From Flavobacteriales bacterium (GTDB lineage Bacteria; Bacteroidota; Bacteroidia; Flavobacteriales_F; PHOS-HE28): DNA of 39,309 bases. Every line of letters begins with the position of its first letter. Within the stretch, counting starts at the first letter, position 1. The position numbers and the translations under genes were made by a program. Shown piece after piece: positions 25,101 to 33,373 of the stretch. The notes beneath the pieces are model-generated. The model had not been told where the DNA came from, made no database searches, and worked only from the letters and a program-made list of their open reading frames with translations. The DNA lies in contig JBIIYD010000002.1 of assembly GCA_044347005.1 (NCBI GenBank), positions 1-39,309 on the forward strand, read 5' to 3'.

Positions 25101-28100
25101 CCTTGTCCGATCGGAGGGGCTGGATCCCAGAGGTATCCGTACGGAGCCACACCGCCCGTTGGTCCGACCGTCGCCGTGCCATCACAAGCTCCGTTGCAGC
25201 TCACAGGGCTACTGCTGATGTTCGGTGTGAGCAACTGCGATGGCGATACGATCGCCGATGCGAAGGCCACACAACCATCGGCATTCGTGACCTGTACGCT
25301 GTATTCCCCAACGCAGAGATCATCGACCGTGATGACATCGCCCGCCACCACGTTCCCGATGGCATCGGTCCATTGCAGCACGCATGGGGGAGCGCTGCAT
25401 ACATAATCCACCGCGACCGTGCCGTCACAATCGTTCGCACAGCTGACCTGGCCGTCCACGGCGACCAGTGTTTCACCCGAGGGGTCCGATACCTGAACGG
25501 TGGATTGGAACGAACAGCCGCTGGCATCCGACACCACTGCGGTGTAGATACCGCCGCATAAACCGGTCAGTTGTGGTCCGTTGCCGACGACGGCCCCGGC
25601 CGAGGTCCATTCCACCGCGTAGGGCGCTGTTCCCCCGGCTATGTCGACAGTTACGGTGCCATCGCACACTGGACAGGTACTCTGTGTACTGGACAACGTT
25701 ACCTGAAGTGGCGCAGGTTCGACGATGGTAAAGACCGTGGAAACCGTGCATCCATTGGCGTCGGTAACGGTTGCGGTCCATGGACCCGGGCAGAGTCCGG
25801 TCAATGCCGTACCGACCTGTCCCAAGGGGGGTGCAGGGGACCATACGATGTTGTACGGTGCAGCACCTCCGCTGGGGACGACGGTGATCGTTCCGTCACA
25901 TTCCCCGGCACAGGTAACGTCCGAAACCGTTCCGCCCAGGACCAGTGGTGTCGGTTCAAGGATCAATACGGACGCGTTGGACACACACCCGTTGCCATCG
26001 GTGATCCCGATGTCATAAACCCCTGCACATAGTCCTGAGGCGAATGGAGTTCCTTGGCCGGTGGCCGGGGCCGGCGACCAAACGAACACATAAGGCCCCA
26101 CCCCACCGGATATACCGAGTGTCGCTGTTCCATCGCATGCGGTGGCGCACGAAACGGGACTTGAACTGATGGCCGTGGTCACCGGGGCCGGAGGGATCAC
26201 CGAGGCCTGCTCGATGGTAACGCAACCTGAAGCGTTGGTGACAACTGCGAAATAGTCACCCGCGCAGAGCCCGTTCGCTGTTCCGGTGGTTTGACCGATC
26301 GGGGTACCAGTGGCATCCGTCCACGCAATGGTGCAGGGTGGATCGCTGCAGGTGAAGGACACGGAGACCTGACCATCGCAACTGGCGGGGCAGGTGGTGG
26401 AGCCGTTCGTCGTTGTCAGGACTTCGCCATCGGCATCACTGATCGTGACCGGTAGCTGTGCAACGCAACCGTTGCCATCCGTTACCTGCACCCCGTATAC
26501 ACCCGCGCATACACCAGCGATGTTGTCCGATGTTCCGATAACGGCCCCGGTCGCATCCGTCCACTCCACGAAGAAGGGGATGGTTCCACCGGAAAGGGTC
26601 AACTGGGATGCACCGACACAGACCAGGCACTGGCTTGGTGTATCGGTCGTCGAGATCGACAGCGGAGCTGGTTCGGTGATCGTGTGATCCTGCTGTATCG
26701 AGCAACCATTGGCATCCGAAATGGTAACCGTCCAGACACCCGCACACAACGCCGATACGTTCGCGGTACCTTGCCCTGCCGGTGGTGCTGGAGACCATGC
26801 ATACGTGTAGGGCGCGGTACCTCCCGAAGTTGTCAGATCGACACTGCCATCACAGGCGCCCGAGCAGGATACGTCCTGGATGGTAGCCTGCGAAACCAGT
26901 TCACCAGGGGCAAGGATCAGCACGCTGGTCTGGATCGAACAGCCATCGGAATCAGTGATGATAAGCTCGACCACGCCAGGGCAAAGACCGGTCACTTGTG
27001 GGGTGCCCTGGCCCGTAGCGGGCTCGGGCGACCAGAGGTAGGTGTATGGACCATTGCCACCCGTTGGCCCGACCGTAGCCGTTCCATCGCACACGTTGGA
27101 ACAACTTGCAGCCGTGCTACTGCTGTTCGCCAGGATCTCCTCGAATGGATCGACCGTGACCGCAAGCGTGGTATCGCAGCCATTGGCGTCGGAGATGGTC
27201 AGTGTATAGGCGGTTCCCGCACAGAGCCCCGTAGCGGTAGCCGTGCCCTGGCCAGCGCCGGGTTCTGGTTGCCACAAGTAGGTCAAAGCGCCGGTACCAC
27301 CGGTCGCAGTGGCGTTGGCGATCCCGGTGCATGGCGCGGTGCATTGCTCCGCCTCGGTAACGACCGCAATGCTGAATTCATCCGGTGTGCCGATCGAGAA
27401 TGTGACGGTCGTATCGCAACCGTTCGCATCGGTTACCAAGACGTTGTAGACCCCCTCACATAGGCCGCTCACAGAAGCGGTGCCTTGACCGCTTGCCGGC
27501 TGTGGGGTCCAAACGAACGAATAAGGTTCCAACCCTCCCGTGGGGCTAACAGAGGCTTCGCCATCGCAGGTCGCGAAACACGAGACATCCGTGGTCACCA
27601 GGCCCACATCGATGGGTTGAACATCCAGGATGGTGAATGTGGCGACGCTATCGCACCCGGCCGCATCGGTGACCGTAACGGACCATGAACCCGGACAAAG
27701 ACCCGAGGCCGTATTCGTTCCCTGACCGACCGGCGGAACCGGTGACCATAGGTAGGAATACGGCGCTGTTCCACCGGTGGGAAGGACCGAAGCCGTTCCA
27801 TCGCAAGGTCCATTGCAGGTAACATTTGTGGACGACCCGTTCGGTGCCAATGGAAGCGGTTCTCCAATGACGATGGACAGTGTGGTGTCGCAGGCCAAAG
27901 CATCGGCGATGCGCACTTGGTATGCCCCGGCGCATAGACCGGAAACGTTGGGCGTCCCCTGCCCTACGGGCGGTGCGGGTGTCCAAGTCCATGTATATGG
28001 CGGAGCACCACCGGTGGCCGATACATTGACAGCCCCATCGCAGTTGCCAGCACATGTAGCGTTGAGCACGGACGGTAGGGCAACGATACCAGCGGGTGCT

Positions 28101-31100
28101 GCAATGATGAACTGCACCGTGGTATCACAACCCAAGGCATCAGTTACCTGAAGTGCGAATATGCCCGAACATAGACCCGTGGCATCGGGTGTTCCTTGAC
28201 CCGTGATCACTCCCGGGGACCACAGGTAGGTATAGGGTCCCACGCCACCGCTCACGGTGGCTATCGCCGTTCCTGCGCACAAGGAATCGCAACCGGATTC
28301 CGTGACGGCGATGGTCACCAGGACCGGTTGGTTCTCCAGGATCTCGAATACCACGGTGGTATCACACCCATTGGCATCGGCAACGAGCACACTGTGATTC
28401 CCTGCGCAAAGCCCACCAACGGTGGGGGTTCCCTGACCTACCGGGGGGGCCGGTGACCAGACGAAGGTGTAGCCCGGTGTGCCGCCACCGACCGCGATCG
28501 AGGCGGTTCCATCACAATCGCCGGAACAGCTCAGGTCCGTGGTGCCAAGCACCGCGTTCAAGGGCAGCGGCTCCAGGATCTCGAAGGTCAGAGTGGTATC
28601 GCATCCGCCCGAGGTGATCGTCACCTGGGTAGTGCCGGCACACAGGTTGCCGACGCTGTTGGTTCCCTGCCCCACAGGAGGTGCCGGGGACCACAGGTAA
28701 GTGAAGACACCCGTTCCACCCGTGACGTCGAGGACGACGCTGCCGTCACACACATTGGCGCAGGAGGTCGATGTTACCGTAGCGGTCGCAGCGATGGCCG
28801 GAGGACCGTCCACCGTGAATGCTATGGTCGTATCGCAACCCACGGCATCCGTTACGGTAAGTGAATAGGCCTGTGCGCACAGCCCGGTCGCATTGGGCGT
28901 ACCCTGACCAGCACCGGGTGCGGGCGCCCAGAGGTACGAGTATGGCGCAGTGCCGCCAGTGGCAATTACGCCCGCCGAACCATCGCACAGCCCGAAGCAA
29001 CTGGCCGGAAGCACTTGGATCGACAACTCGATGGGAACCGCATCGACCAGGGTGAAACTCTCGGTGATCGTACAACCGTTCAAGTCGGTGATCAACACAC
29101 TGTATACCCCTGCGCAAAGACCTGATGCGCTCGCTGTTCCCTGGCCGACCGGTGGGGCTGGAGTCCATACATAGGTATAGCCCGGCGTGCCCCCGCTGAC
29201 CACAACGCTTGCGGTCCCATCGCAGGCCGATCCGCAACTCACCGGCGTCAGGGTCGGTATCGCATCCAGTGGAGGAGGCTCAACAATGCTGAAAACAACG
29301 GTCGTATCACAACCCGCAGCATCCACGATCGATACGCTGTAGTTACCGGCACAAAGTCCGGTCGCACTGGGGGTGCCCTGTCCGTTGGGCGGGGCCGGGG
29401 TCCATGTGTAGGAATAGCCCGGCGTTCCCCCGCTCACCAGAACATCGGCGGTGCCATCGCAATCGCCAGCGCATGTGAGGTCCGTGGTGGAAAGCACCAC
29501 CGCGATCGGCAAAGGCTCGATGATCTGGAAAACCAGGGTGGTATCACAAGCGCCCGAGGTGATGGTGACCTCCCAAGATCCCGCGCATAGGCCGCTCACG
29601 CTCGCGGTGCCTTGCCCGACCGGAGGAGCAGGCACCCAGAGGTAGGTATAACTTCCAGTGCCCCCGGACGTGGAGAGCACGATCGACCCATCGCATTGGT
29701 CGGCACAAGCGGCATCCTCGATGGTCGCATTGGCAATGATCGGCGGTGGCACGGGCACATTGAAGGCGATGAGCGTATCGCATCCGACCGCATCGGTTAC
29801 CAGTACCGTATAGGCTTGGGCGCACAACCCGCTTGCACTGGACGTGCCCTGACCCGAACCGGGTGCGGGGGTCCAAACAAAGCTGTAGGGTGCGACCCCA
29901 CCGGTCGCAGTAACCTGCGCAGTGCCATCGCAGACCCCGGGGCAGCTCGCTGGGACAATATTCACTACCACTGCGATCGGAACCGCGTCCTCGATGACAA
30001 AGGGCACCGTAAGTGTGCATCCGTTCGCATCCGTGATCAGGACATCGTAAGGGCCGGGACAGAGACCGGAGGCATTCGGAGTGTTCTGTCCGATAGCGGG
30101 TGCCGGACTCCAGTCGTAGGTGTAACCCGCAGTGCCGCCACTGACGACAACACTTGCGGTGCCATCGCACAGCCCGCCGCAACTCACATTCGTTTGGGCC
30201 GGAACGGCCTCCAGAGGCAAGGGTTCCAGGATCTCGAAGGTCAGGGTGGTATCGCAGCCGTTGGCGTCGGTGAGCAGCAGACTGTACGGTCCTGCGCAAA
30301 GACCGGAAACCGAGGGTGTACCCTGTCCGGCTGCCGGCGCGGGGCTCCAGACATAGGTGTATACCGGGGTACCGCCATTCACCGAAACGGTTGCCGTGCC
30401 ATCGCAAACACCGGCACAGCTCTCATCCGTAATATCCAACACAGGGACCAAGGGTGGTGCCGCTCCAATGGTGAAGACGACCGTGGTATCACAGCCTGCT
30501 CCATCGGTGATGGTGAGCTCCCACGGACCGGGGCAAAGCGCGCTGATGCTGGCCGTTCCTTGACCCACGGGAGGCGCAGGGCTCCACACCAGGGTGTATG
30601 GCGGTGTGCCTCCGGACGGCACCACTGCAATGGTCCCGTCGCACAGGTCGGAACAGCTGGCATCCGTTGTCGTCGACTGGATGTCGATGGCCGAGGGCGC
30701 TTGCACCTCGAAGGCGATCAGTGTATCGCACCCTGACACGAGATCCGTGACCAGCACCGTATAGTTCCCCTCGCAAAGCACGGAAACGGTCGCTGTGCCT
30801 TGCCCGGCACCCGGTTCCGGGGACCAGAGGTAGCCGAACGGGCCCGCCGTACCGGATGCCGATACCGTGGCTGTGGCATCGCAAGCGCCTGCGCAGGTCA
30901 CGTCCGAATTGGTAAGGTCGGTAAGGATCGGCGGTGGTTCGTCGAACACGAACGCCACGGTGGTATCACAGCCATTGAGGTCCTCGATGGTCACCGTGTA
31001 ATTACCGGCACACAAGCCGCCAACACTTGGTGTACCCTGACCTACTGGTGGTGCAGGGGACCAGGTGATCGTGAGATTACCGGTACCACCCGAGGGTGCG

Positions 31101-32416
31101 ACCCCCGCTGTACCGTCGCATGAGCCGAAACAGTTCGTTGGCGAGAAGATCAGGTTGGGTTGGATCGGCTGCACGTTGAAGATGAAGGTGGTATCGAACG
31201 AACAGCCGTTCACGTCGGAGATCTCCAGGGTATTCGACCCTGCGCACAGGGCGAAGAAGGAGGAGTTGCTTCCGGCACCGTTGTTCCAATCGTACACGTA
31301 CGGAGAAACACCCCCTACGGCCAGGGCTGTCCGCGTTCCATCGCACACATCGGCACAAGTCGGTAAGGTTCCATTCCCGAAAAAGATGACACCCAAGGGT
31401 CCTGGTTCGCTCACCTGCACCTGTGCCGGGCAGGAGACTCCCTGGCCGATGTCCGTTACGATCACGATCTGTGGTCCTCCGCAAGCACTGGTCCAGGTGG
31501 CACTTGGCGGCCCGCCGTTCAACCATTGGTACGTGAATGGGCCGACGCCACCGCTCACGGATGCGGTGACCGTTGCGTTGCATTCACCCCGACAGCGGAT
31601 ACCGAAACCGGAATAGTTGCTCGTCAGTTGCGCATTCACGGTAAAGGGGGTTTGCCCCGGCCCCGTTCCGCAGACACTGATGTCGCGGTCGGCATTGCTG
31701 TTCGATGCGGGCGAAATGCCCCAGGATGTTGCCATCCCATTGACGGACAGCGTCGATGTGCCGGGCTCGAGCACGGCGCGCAGGGCGGCAAGGTCCGGCA
31801 CTTGGGCGAGTGCGACAACGGACGAACCGGCGAACAGGCGTTTCGGTGCCCGGCCTGCAAGAAGGAGCGCATTCGCTTGGAGCAGATTGCCGTTGGTGAT
31901 CAGCGTACCCTGCTTGATCACAAGTGCTCGTGCATCACCGATCACGAGGTCACTGATCAGGGACCATGTGCCCGACCCGTCAAGCTCTACACCGGATGCC
32001 AGAGGAATACCACGAAGATCCAGTTCCACACCACCGCGACGCATGATCAGCCGGACCGTTCCGGTGTGGTCCCATCGCACCGCGCCCTGCATGCGCCAAT
32101 CGCCCGCTACATGCAATTCGGAAGAAGCACCACCGACCAAGCGGACGGCTGCCCGTGAGGCATCGATCCTTAACCCGCGGCACCACGCCTGGTCGGGCAT
32201 TGAAATGATCGCCCCGGCATCGGGGGAGATCACCACATCCTCGTTCGCCCGCGGAACTCCGGCGCCACCAGGGCCATCGGGTGAAAGGCTCCACTGTTGG
32301 CCATCGGCCCAATTGCCCTGTCCACCGGCCCAGTACTTGGTCTGCGCCATGGCGACCGAGCAACTGAACACAAGGATCAGGAGCAGCGTGATCTTGATGA
32401 GGCCTGTTGTTCGCAT
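22103..32416 (-). CDS. Giant (3437 aa) SprB-like T9SS type B CTD adhesin with 37 SprB-type repeats
   Basis: Signal peptide MRTTGLIKITLLLILVFSCSVAMAQ. N-terminal TKYWAGGQGNWADGQQWS module of about 255 aa. 37 repeats of the form C.G.CDGTA.V...GGT.PYTY.WSPAPP.GQGT....GLCAG.Y.V.ITD.NGCDTT..F.I.EP.PL. Two Ig-like pre-CTD modules (ANAGVDQQSC..., ADAGADRSIF...). CTD FTPNGDGWNDTWVI...IYNRWGEMLF...WDG...GTYYYVV. Confidence 0.9.
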   Translation of the reverse strand: MRTTGLIKITLLLILVFSCSVAMAQTKYWAGGQGNWADGQQWSLSPDGPGGAGVPRANEDVVISPDAGAIISMPDQAWCRGLRIDASRAAVRLVGGASSELHVAGDWRMQGAVRWDHTGTVRLIMRRGGVELDLRGIPLASGVELDGSGTWSLISDLVIGDARALVIKQGTLITNGNLLQANALLLAGRAPKRLFAGSSVVALAQVPDLAALRAVLEPGTSTLSVNGMATSWGISPASNSNADRDISVCGTGPGQTPFTVNAQLTSNYSGFGIRCRGECNATVTASVSGGVGPFTYQWLNGGPPSATWTSACGGPQIVIVTDIGQGVSCPAQVQVSEPGPLGVIFFGNGTLPTCADVCDGTRTALAVGGVSPYVYDWNNGAGSNSSFFALCAGSNTLEISDVNGCSFDTTFIFNVQPIQPNLIFSPTNCFGSCDGTAGVAPSGGTGNLTITWSPAPPVGQGTPSVGGLCAGNYTVTIEDLNGCDTTVAFVFDEPPPILTDLTNSDVTCAGACDATATVSASGTAGPFGYLWSPEPGAGQGTATVSVLCEGNYTVLVTDLVSGCDTLIAFEVQAPSAIDIQSTTTDASCSDLCDGTIAVVPSGGTPPYTLVWSPAPPVGQGTASISALCPGPWELTITDGAGCDTTVVFTIGAAPPLVPVLDITDESCAGVCDGTATVSVNGGTPVYTYVWSPAPAAGQGTPSVSGLCAGPYSLLLTDANGCDTTLTFEILEPLPLEAVPAQTNVSCGGLCDGTASVVVSGGTAGYTYDWSPAPAIGQNTPNASGLCPGPYDVLITDANGCTLTVPFVIEDAVPIAVVVNIVPASCPGVCDGTAQVTATGGVAPYSFVWTPAPGSGQGTSSASGLCAQAYTVLVTDAVGCDTLIAFNVPVPPPIIANATIEDAACADQCDGSIVLSTSGGTGSYTYLWVPAPPVGQGTASVSGLCAGSWEVTITSGACDTTLVFQIIEPLPIAVVLSTTDLTCAGDCDGTADVLVSGGTPGYSYTWTPAPPNGQGTPSATGLCAGNYSVSIVDAAGCDTTVVFSIVEPPPLDAIPTLTPVSCGSACDGTASVVVSGGTPGYTYVWTPAPPVGQGTASASGLCAGVYSVLITDLNGCTITESFTLVDAVPIELSIQVLPASCFGLCDGSAGVIATGGTAPYSYLWAPAPGAGQGTPNATGLCAQAYSLTVTDAVGCDTTIAFTVDGPPAIAATATVTSTSCANVCDGSVVLDVTGGTGVFTYLWSPAPPVGQGTNSVGNLCAGTTQVTITSGGCDTTLTFEILEPLPLNAVLGTTDLSCSGDCDGTASIAVGGGTPGYTFVWSPAPPVGQGTPTVGGLCAGNHSVLVADANGCDTTVVFEILENQPVLVTIAVTESGCDSLCAGTAIATVSGGVGPYTYLWSPGVITGQGTPDATGLCSGIFALQVTDALGCDTTVQFIIAAPAGIVALPSVLNATCAGNCDGAVNVSATGGAPPYTWTWTPAPPVGQGTPNVSGLCAGAYQVRIADALACDTTLSIVIGEPLPLAPNGSSTNVTCNGPCDGTASVLPTGGTAPYSYLWSPVPPVGQGTNTASGLCPGSWSVTVTDAAGCDSVATFTILDVQPIDVGLVTTDVSCFATCDGEASVSPTGGLEPYSFVWTPQPASGQGTASVSGLCEGVYNVLVTDANGCDTTVTFSIGTPDEFSIAVVTEAEQCTAPCTGIANATATGGTGALTYLWQPEPGAGQGTATATGLCAGTAYTLTISDANGCDTTLAVTVDPFEEILANSSSTAASCSNVCDGTATVGPTGGNGPYTYLWSPEPATGQGTPQVTGLCPGVVELIITDSDGCSIQTSVLILAPGELVSQATIQDVSCSGACDGSVDLTTSGGTAPYTYAWSPAPPAGQGTANVSALCAGVWTVTISDANGCSIQQDHTITEPAPLSISTTDTPSQCLVCVGASQLTLSGGTIPFFVEWTDATGAVIGTSDNIAGVCAGVYGVQVTDGNGCVAQLPVTISDADGEVLTTTNGSTTCPASCDGQVSVSFTCSDPPCTIAWTDATGTPIGQTTGTANGLCAGDYFAVVTNASGCVTIEQASVIPPAPVTTAISSSPVSCATACDGTATLGISGGVGPYVFVWSPAPATGQGTPFASGLCAGVYDIGITDGNGCVSNASVLILEPTPLVLGGTVSDVTCAGECDGTITVVPSGGAAPYNIVWSPAPPLGQVGTALTGLCPGPWTATVTDANGCTVSTVFTIVEPAPLQVTLSSTQSTCPVCDGTVTVDIAGGTAPYAVEWTSAGAVVGNGPQLTGLCGGIYTAVVSDASGCSFQSTVQVSDPSGETLVAVDGQVSCANDCDGTVAVDYVCSAPPCVLQWTDAIGNVVAGDVITVDDLCVGEYSVQVTNADGCVAFASAIVSPSQLLTPNISSSPVSCNGACDGTATVGPTGGVAPYGYLWDPAPPIGQGTPQASGLCAGVYAVSISDASGCDTTVTVLIIEPPALVVASTVQPVDCSGACNGSIAVTTSGGTAPYVYSWSPAPPNGQGTALVSGLCAGAWTVTITDAAGCSLSETFTIDEPAPLTLVATSEPSECGLCNGVVEITASGGTAGYLYLWTLNGSIFGTADSLSNLCAGLYAVEVIDANGCTAALAVPLSDTDGEQTTTTDGLTTCPGDCDGSVAVDLVCSDAPCTIAWFDGAGVDLGQSGDQVVDLCAGAYYVQVTNATGCITIDTAFVVSPDPILPNLSTTSVSCFGDCDGTATVGPTGGSGVYTYFWEPEPIDGQGTPQATGLCVGNYTVTISDTDGCSVATGVLVLGPDQLTIAGTTTPVDCFGTCTGAIQLDAQGGTAPYTYAWSPEPPNGQGTPTLADLCAGTWTVQVTDGNGCGSTASFDVVEPTAVQLDLSTTDNLCSGDCAGAAVLVVSGGTPDYTILWTNAAGDTLAQDTTAVEGLCSGSYTVSVTDANGCSLDTSFTITSPDALVGALLLTNETCFGPCDGTASVSPGGGEGPYGFFWQPEPTTGQGTDQVTGLCPGEWSVTITDAVGCDTTVTFTILPFVAIAANAVVTNVTCGGECSGSILTNPSGGLGGYTFTWTPVPPNGQGTTEATNLCAGTYSLTITDVAGCDSTFEFTIVEPVALQVQVDGVVAASCADATDGSVSTTVSGGTAPVVITWTGPAGFTSDQEDLAGIAPGTYAITVTDANGCSITSNVIVDALSTVFANAGVDQQSCAGVVVILDGSTSVGAVTYQWTDQQGNILGTSPVVDLGTLASGTYIFTLTVADGPCTSTDQVTVVVLSLPIADAGADRSIFVNATTVLGGSPAGPQGSTFSWSPDSLLSSGTEPNPVASPLESTWFVLTVVGDDGCVSVDSVFVTVVPNVSIPTGFTPNGDGWNDTWVIDFIDLFPQAEVEIYNRWGEMLFRSVGYRDPWDGRYQGGPVPVGTYYYVVKLNDPEFPDAYTGPLTVIR
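22106..22369 (-). other. Type B T9SS C-terminal domain of the SprB-like protein
   Basis: Last 88 aa: VSIPTGFTPNGDGWNDTWVIDFIDLFPQAEVEIYNRWGEMLFRSVGYRDPWDGRYQGGPVPVGTYYYVVKLNDPEFPDAYTGPLTVIR. Confidence 0.8.
23819..26674 (-). repeat. Higher-order repeat: three tandem copies of a four-SprB-repeat super-unit (954, 951 and 951 nt)
   Basis: In-frame anchors (T/D)EPAPL(S/Q/T) have their Glu codons at 26672-26674, 25718-25720 and 24767-24769, and the next unit starts with a Glu codon at 23816-23818. The spacings are 318, 317 and 317 aa. Each super-unit carries four repeat subtypes in the same order. Confidence 0.8.
28560..30448 (-). repeat. Higher-order repeat: two clear tandem copies of a different four-SprB-repeat super-unit (945-nt period), with more degenerate copies on both sides
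   Basis: The anchor DAVPI has its Asp codon at 29987-29989 and again at 29042-29044, which is 315 aa apart. Repeats 6-9 align one-to-one with repeats 10-13, for example LCAQAYTVLVTDAVGCDT with LCAQAYSLTVTDAVGCDT, and ITSGACDTTLVFQIIEPLPI with ITSGGCDTTLTFEILEPLPL. Confidence 0.7.
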
Positions 32417-32431
32417 CGCTTGGTCCCGGTT

Positions 32432-33373
32432 CTAATCGAATGCCGGACAGTTGATCATACGTTTGCTCAGATCGTCCTTGCTGCACGGGGTGATCCCCAG
32501 GATCACCTCGTGTGTATTAGATCCGGCCACCCGCAGAACCGAGGTGGTCAGATCATAGCTATAGCCGAGTTGGAAGTAATCGAGGAATCCGACCTTCATC
32601 ATGAAGGCGATGGCATCACCGCTCCGATATCCCACACCTACACCCAATGTGCGGTTCCATTCGACCATGGCATTGAGGTCGAAAGCCGGAGGTAGCCCAC
32701 CCACGAACTTCAGCAAGGCACTGGGCGTGAGCGTGGTTTTCTTGGCCAGCCGATGGCGGTATCCGCCGCTGAGCATATAGTGGCGAGACATGTTGGAGGA
32801 AACGCCGATGTTCGGAATGGGACGCGCGAGGATGTGATGCACCGAAATACCACCCCATGCCTTTTTGCCGTACATCCAGAACCCGGGCGTAACATCAGGA
32901 TACACCAGTGCGCTCGGGCCACCGTTCAAAATGGGGTCGTCGTAGTTCGACAAGGTCACCTCGCCCACGTTCAGCTTCATCTGCTGCACGCCTCCGAAAA
33001 CGCCGAAGGCCATGAAGGATTCCTGGGTGAGACGCAGGTGGTATGCATAGGCCAGTACCAGGCGGGTGTAGCCCCAATTGCCGGCATTGTCCGCCTCCAC
33101 GAATGCCCCGATGCCATGTTTGTTGCCCATGACCTTGGACTTCTTTCCACCCAACCGACCATGCAGGCTGGCCCAGCCGGTGCGTGGCGCCCCCTCGAAG
33201 CCGACCCACTGCTGCCTATACCCCAAGCGTACGTCCAGACACTCCTTGCTGCCCGCCACGGCGGGGTTGATGCTGAACTGGTTGAAAACGTACTGGGTAT
33301 ATTGGGCCAATTGCTGCGCCGGGGCGGCAACAGCGATCAAGGCAACGCCGATGAGCGTGGAAATGCGCCTCAT
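32432..33373 (-). CDS. PorP/SprF-family T9SS outer-membrane protein (partner of the 330-aa mini cargo)
   Basis: ORF 32432..33490. I moved the start to ATG 33373, which forms an ATGA overlap with the upstream stop. MRRISTLIGVALIAVAAPAQQ is a signal peptide, followed by LAQYTQYVFNQFSINPAVAGS, the PorP/SprF signature. The protein ends in ..CPAFD. Confidence 0.85.
   Translation of the reverse strand: MRRISTLIGVALIAVAAPAQQLAQYTQYVFNQFSINPAVAGSKECLDVRLGYRQQWVGFEGAPRTGWASLHGRLGGKKSKVMGNKHGIGAFVEADNAGNWGYTRLVLAYAYHLRLTQESFMAFGVFGGVQQMKLNVGEVTLSNYDDPILNGGPSALVYPDVTPGFWMYGKKAWGGISVHHILARPIPNIGVSSNMSRHYMLSGGYRHRLAKKTTLTPSALLKFVGGLPPAFDLNAMVEWNRTLGVGVGYRSGDAIAFMMKVGFLDYFQLGYSYDLTTSVLRVAGSNTHEVILGITPCSKDDLSKRMINCPAFD

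Larger units (their letters stand above)
22865..31645 (-). repeat. 37 tandem SprB-type coding repeats (~79 aa, ~237 nt each)
   Basis: I counted each C..C(D/N/T)G...GG..(P)Y.Y.W core in the translation, from CRGECNATVTASVSGGVGPFTYQW to CADATDGSVSTTVSGGTAPVVITW. The region spans aa ~258-3185. Confidence 0.85.

Noticed and set aside
12776-31645. Regular ~240-nt periodic repeats that could suggest a CRISPR array or satellite DNA
   Set aside because: The units are degenerate, contiguous (no unique spacers), much longer than CRISPR repeats, and stay in one open reading frame for thousands of codons with conserved Cys, Gly and Trp positions. They are protein-domain repeats.
31526-32435. 210-aa and 272-aa plus-strand ORFs over the 5' part of the SprB-like gene
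   Set aside because: They are antisense to the signal peptide and N-terminal module of the 3437-aa protein. Their composition is rich in Arg, Ser, Pro and Ala, and they have no motifs.
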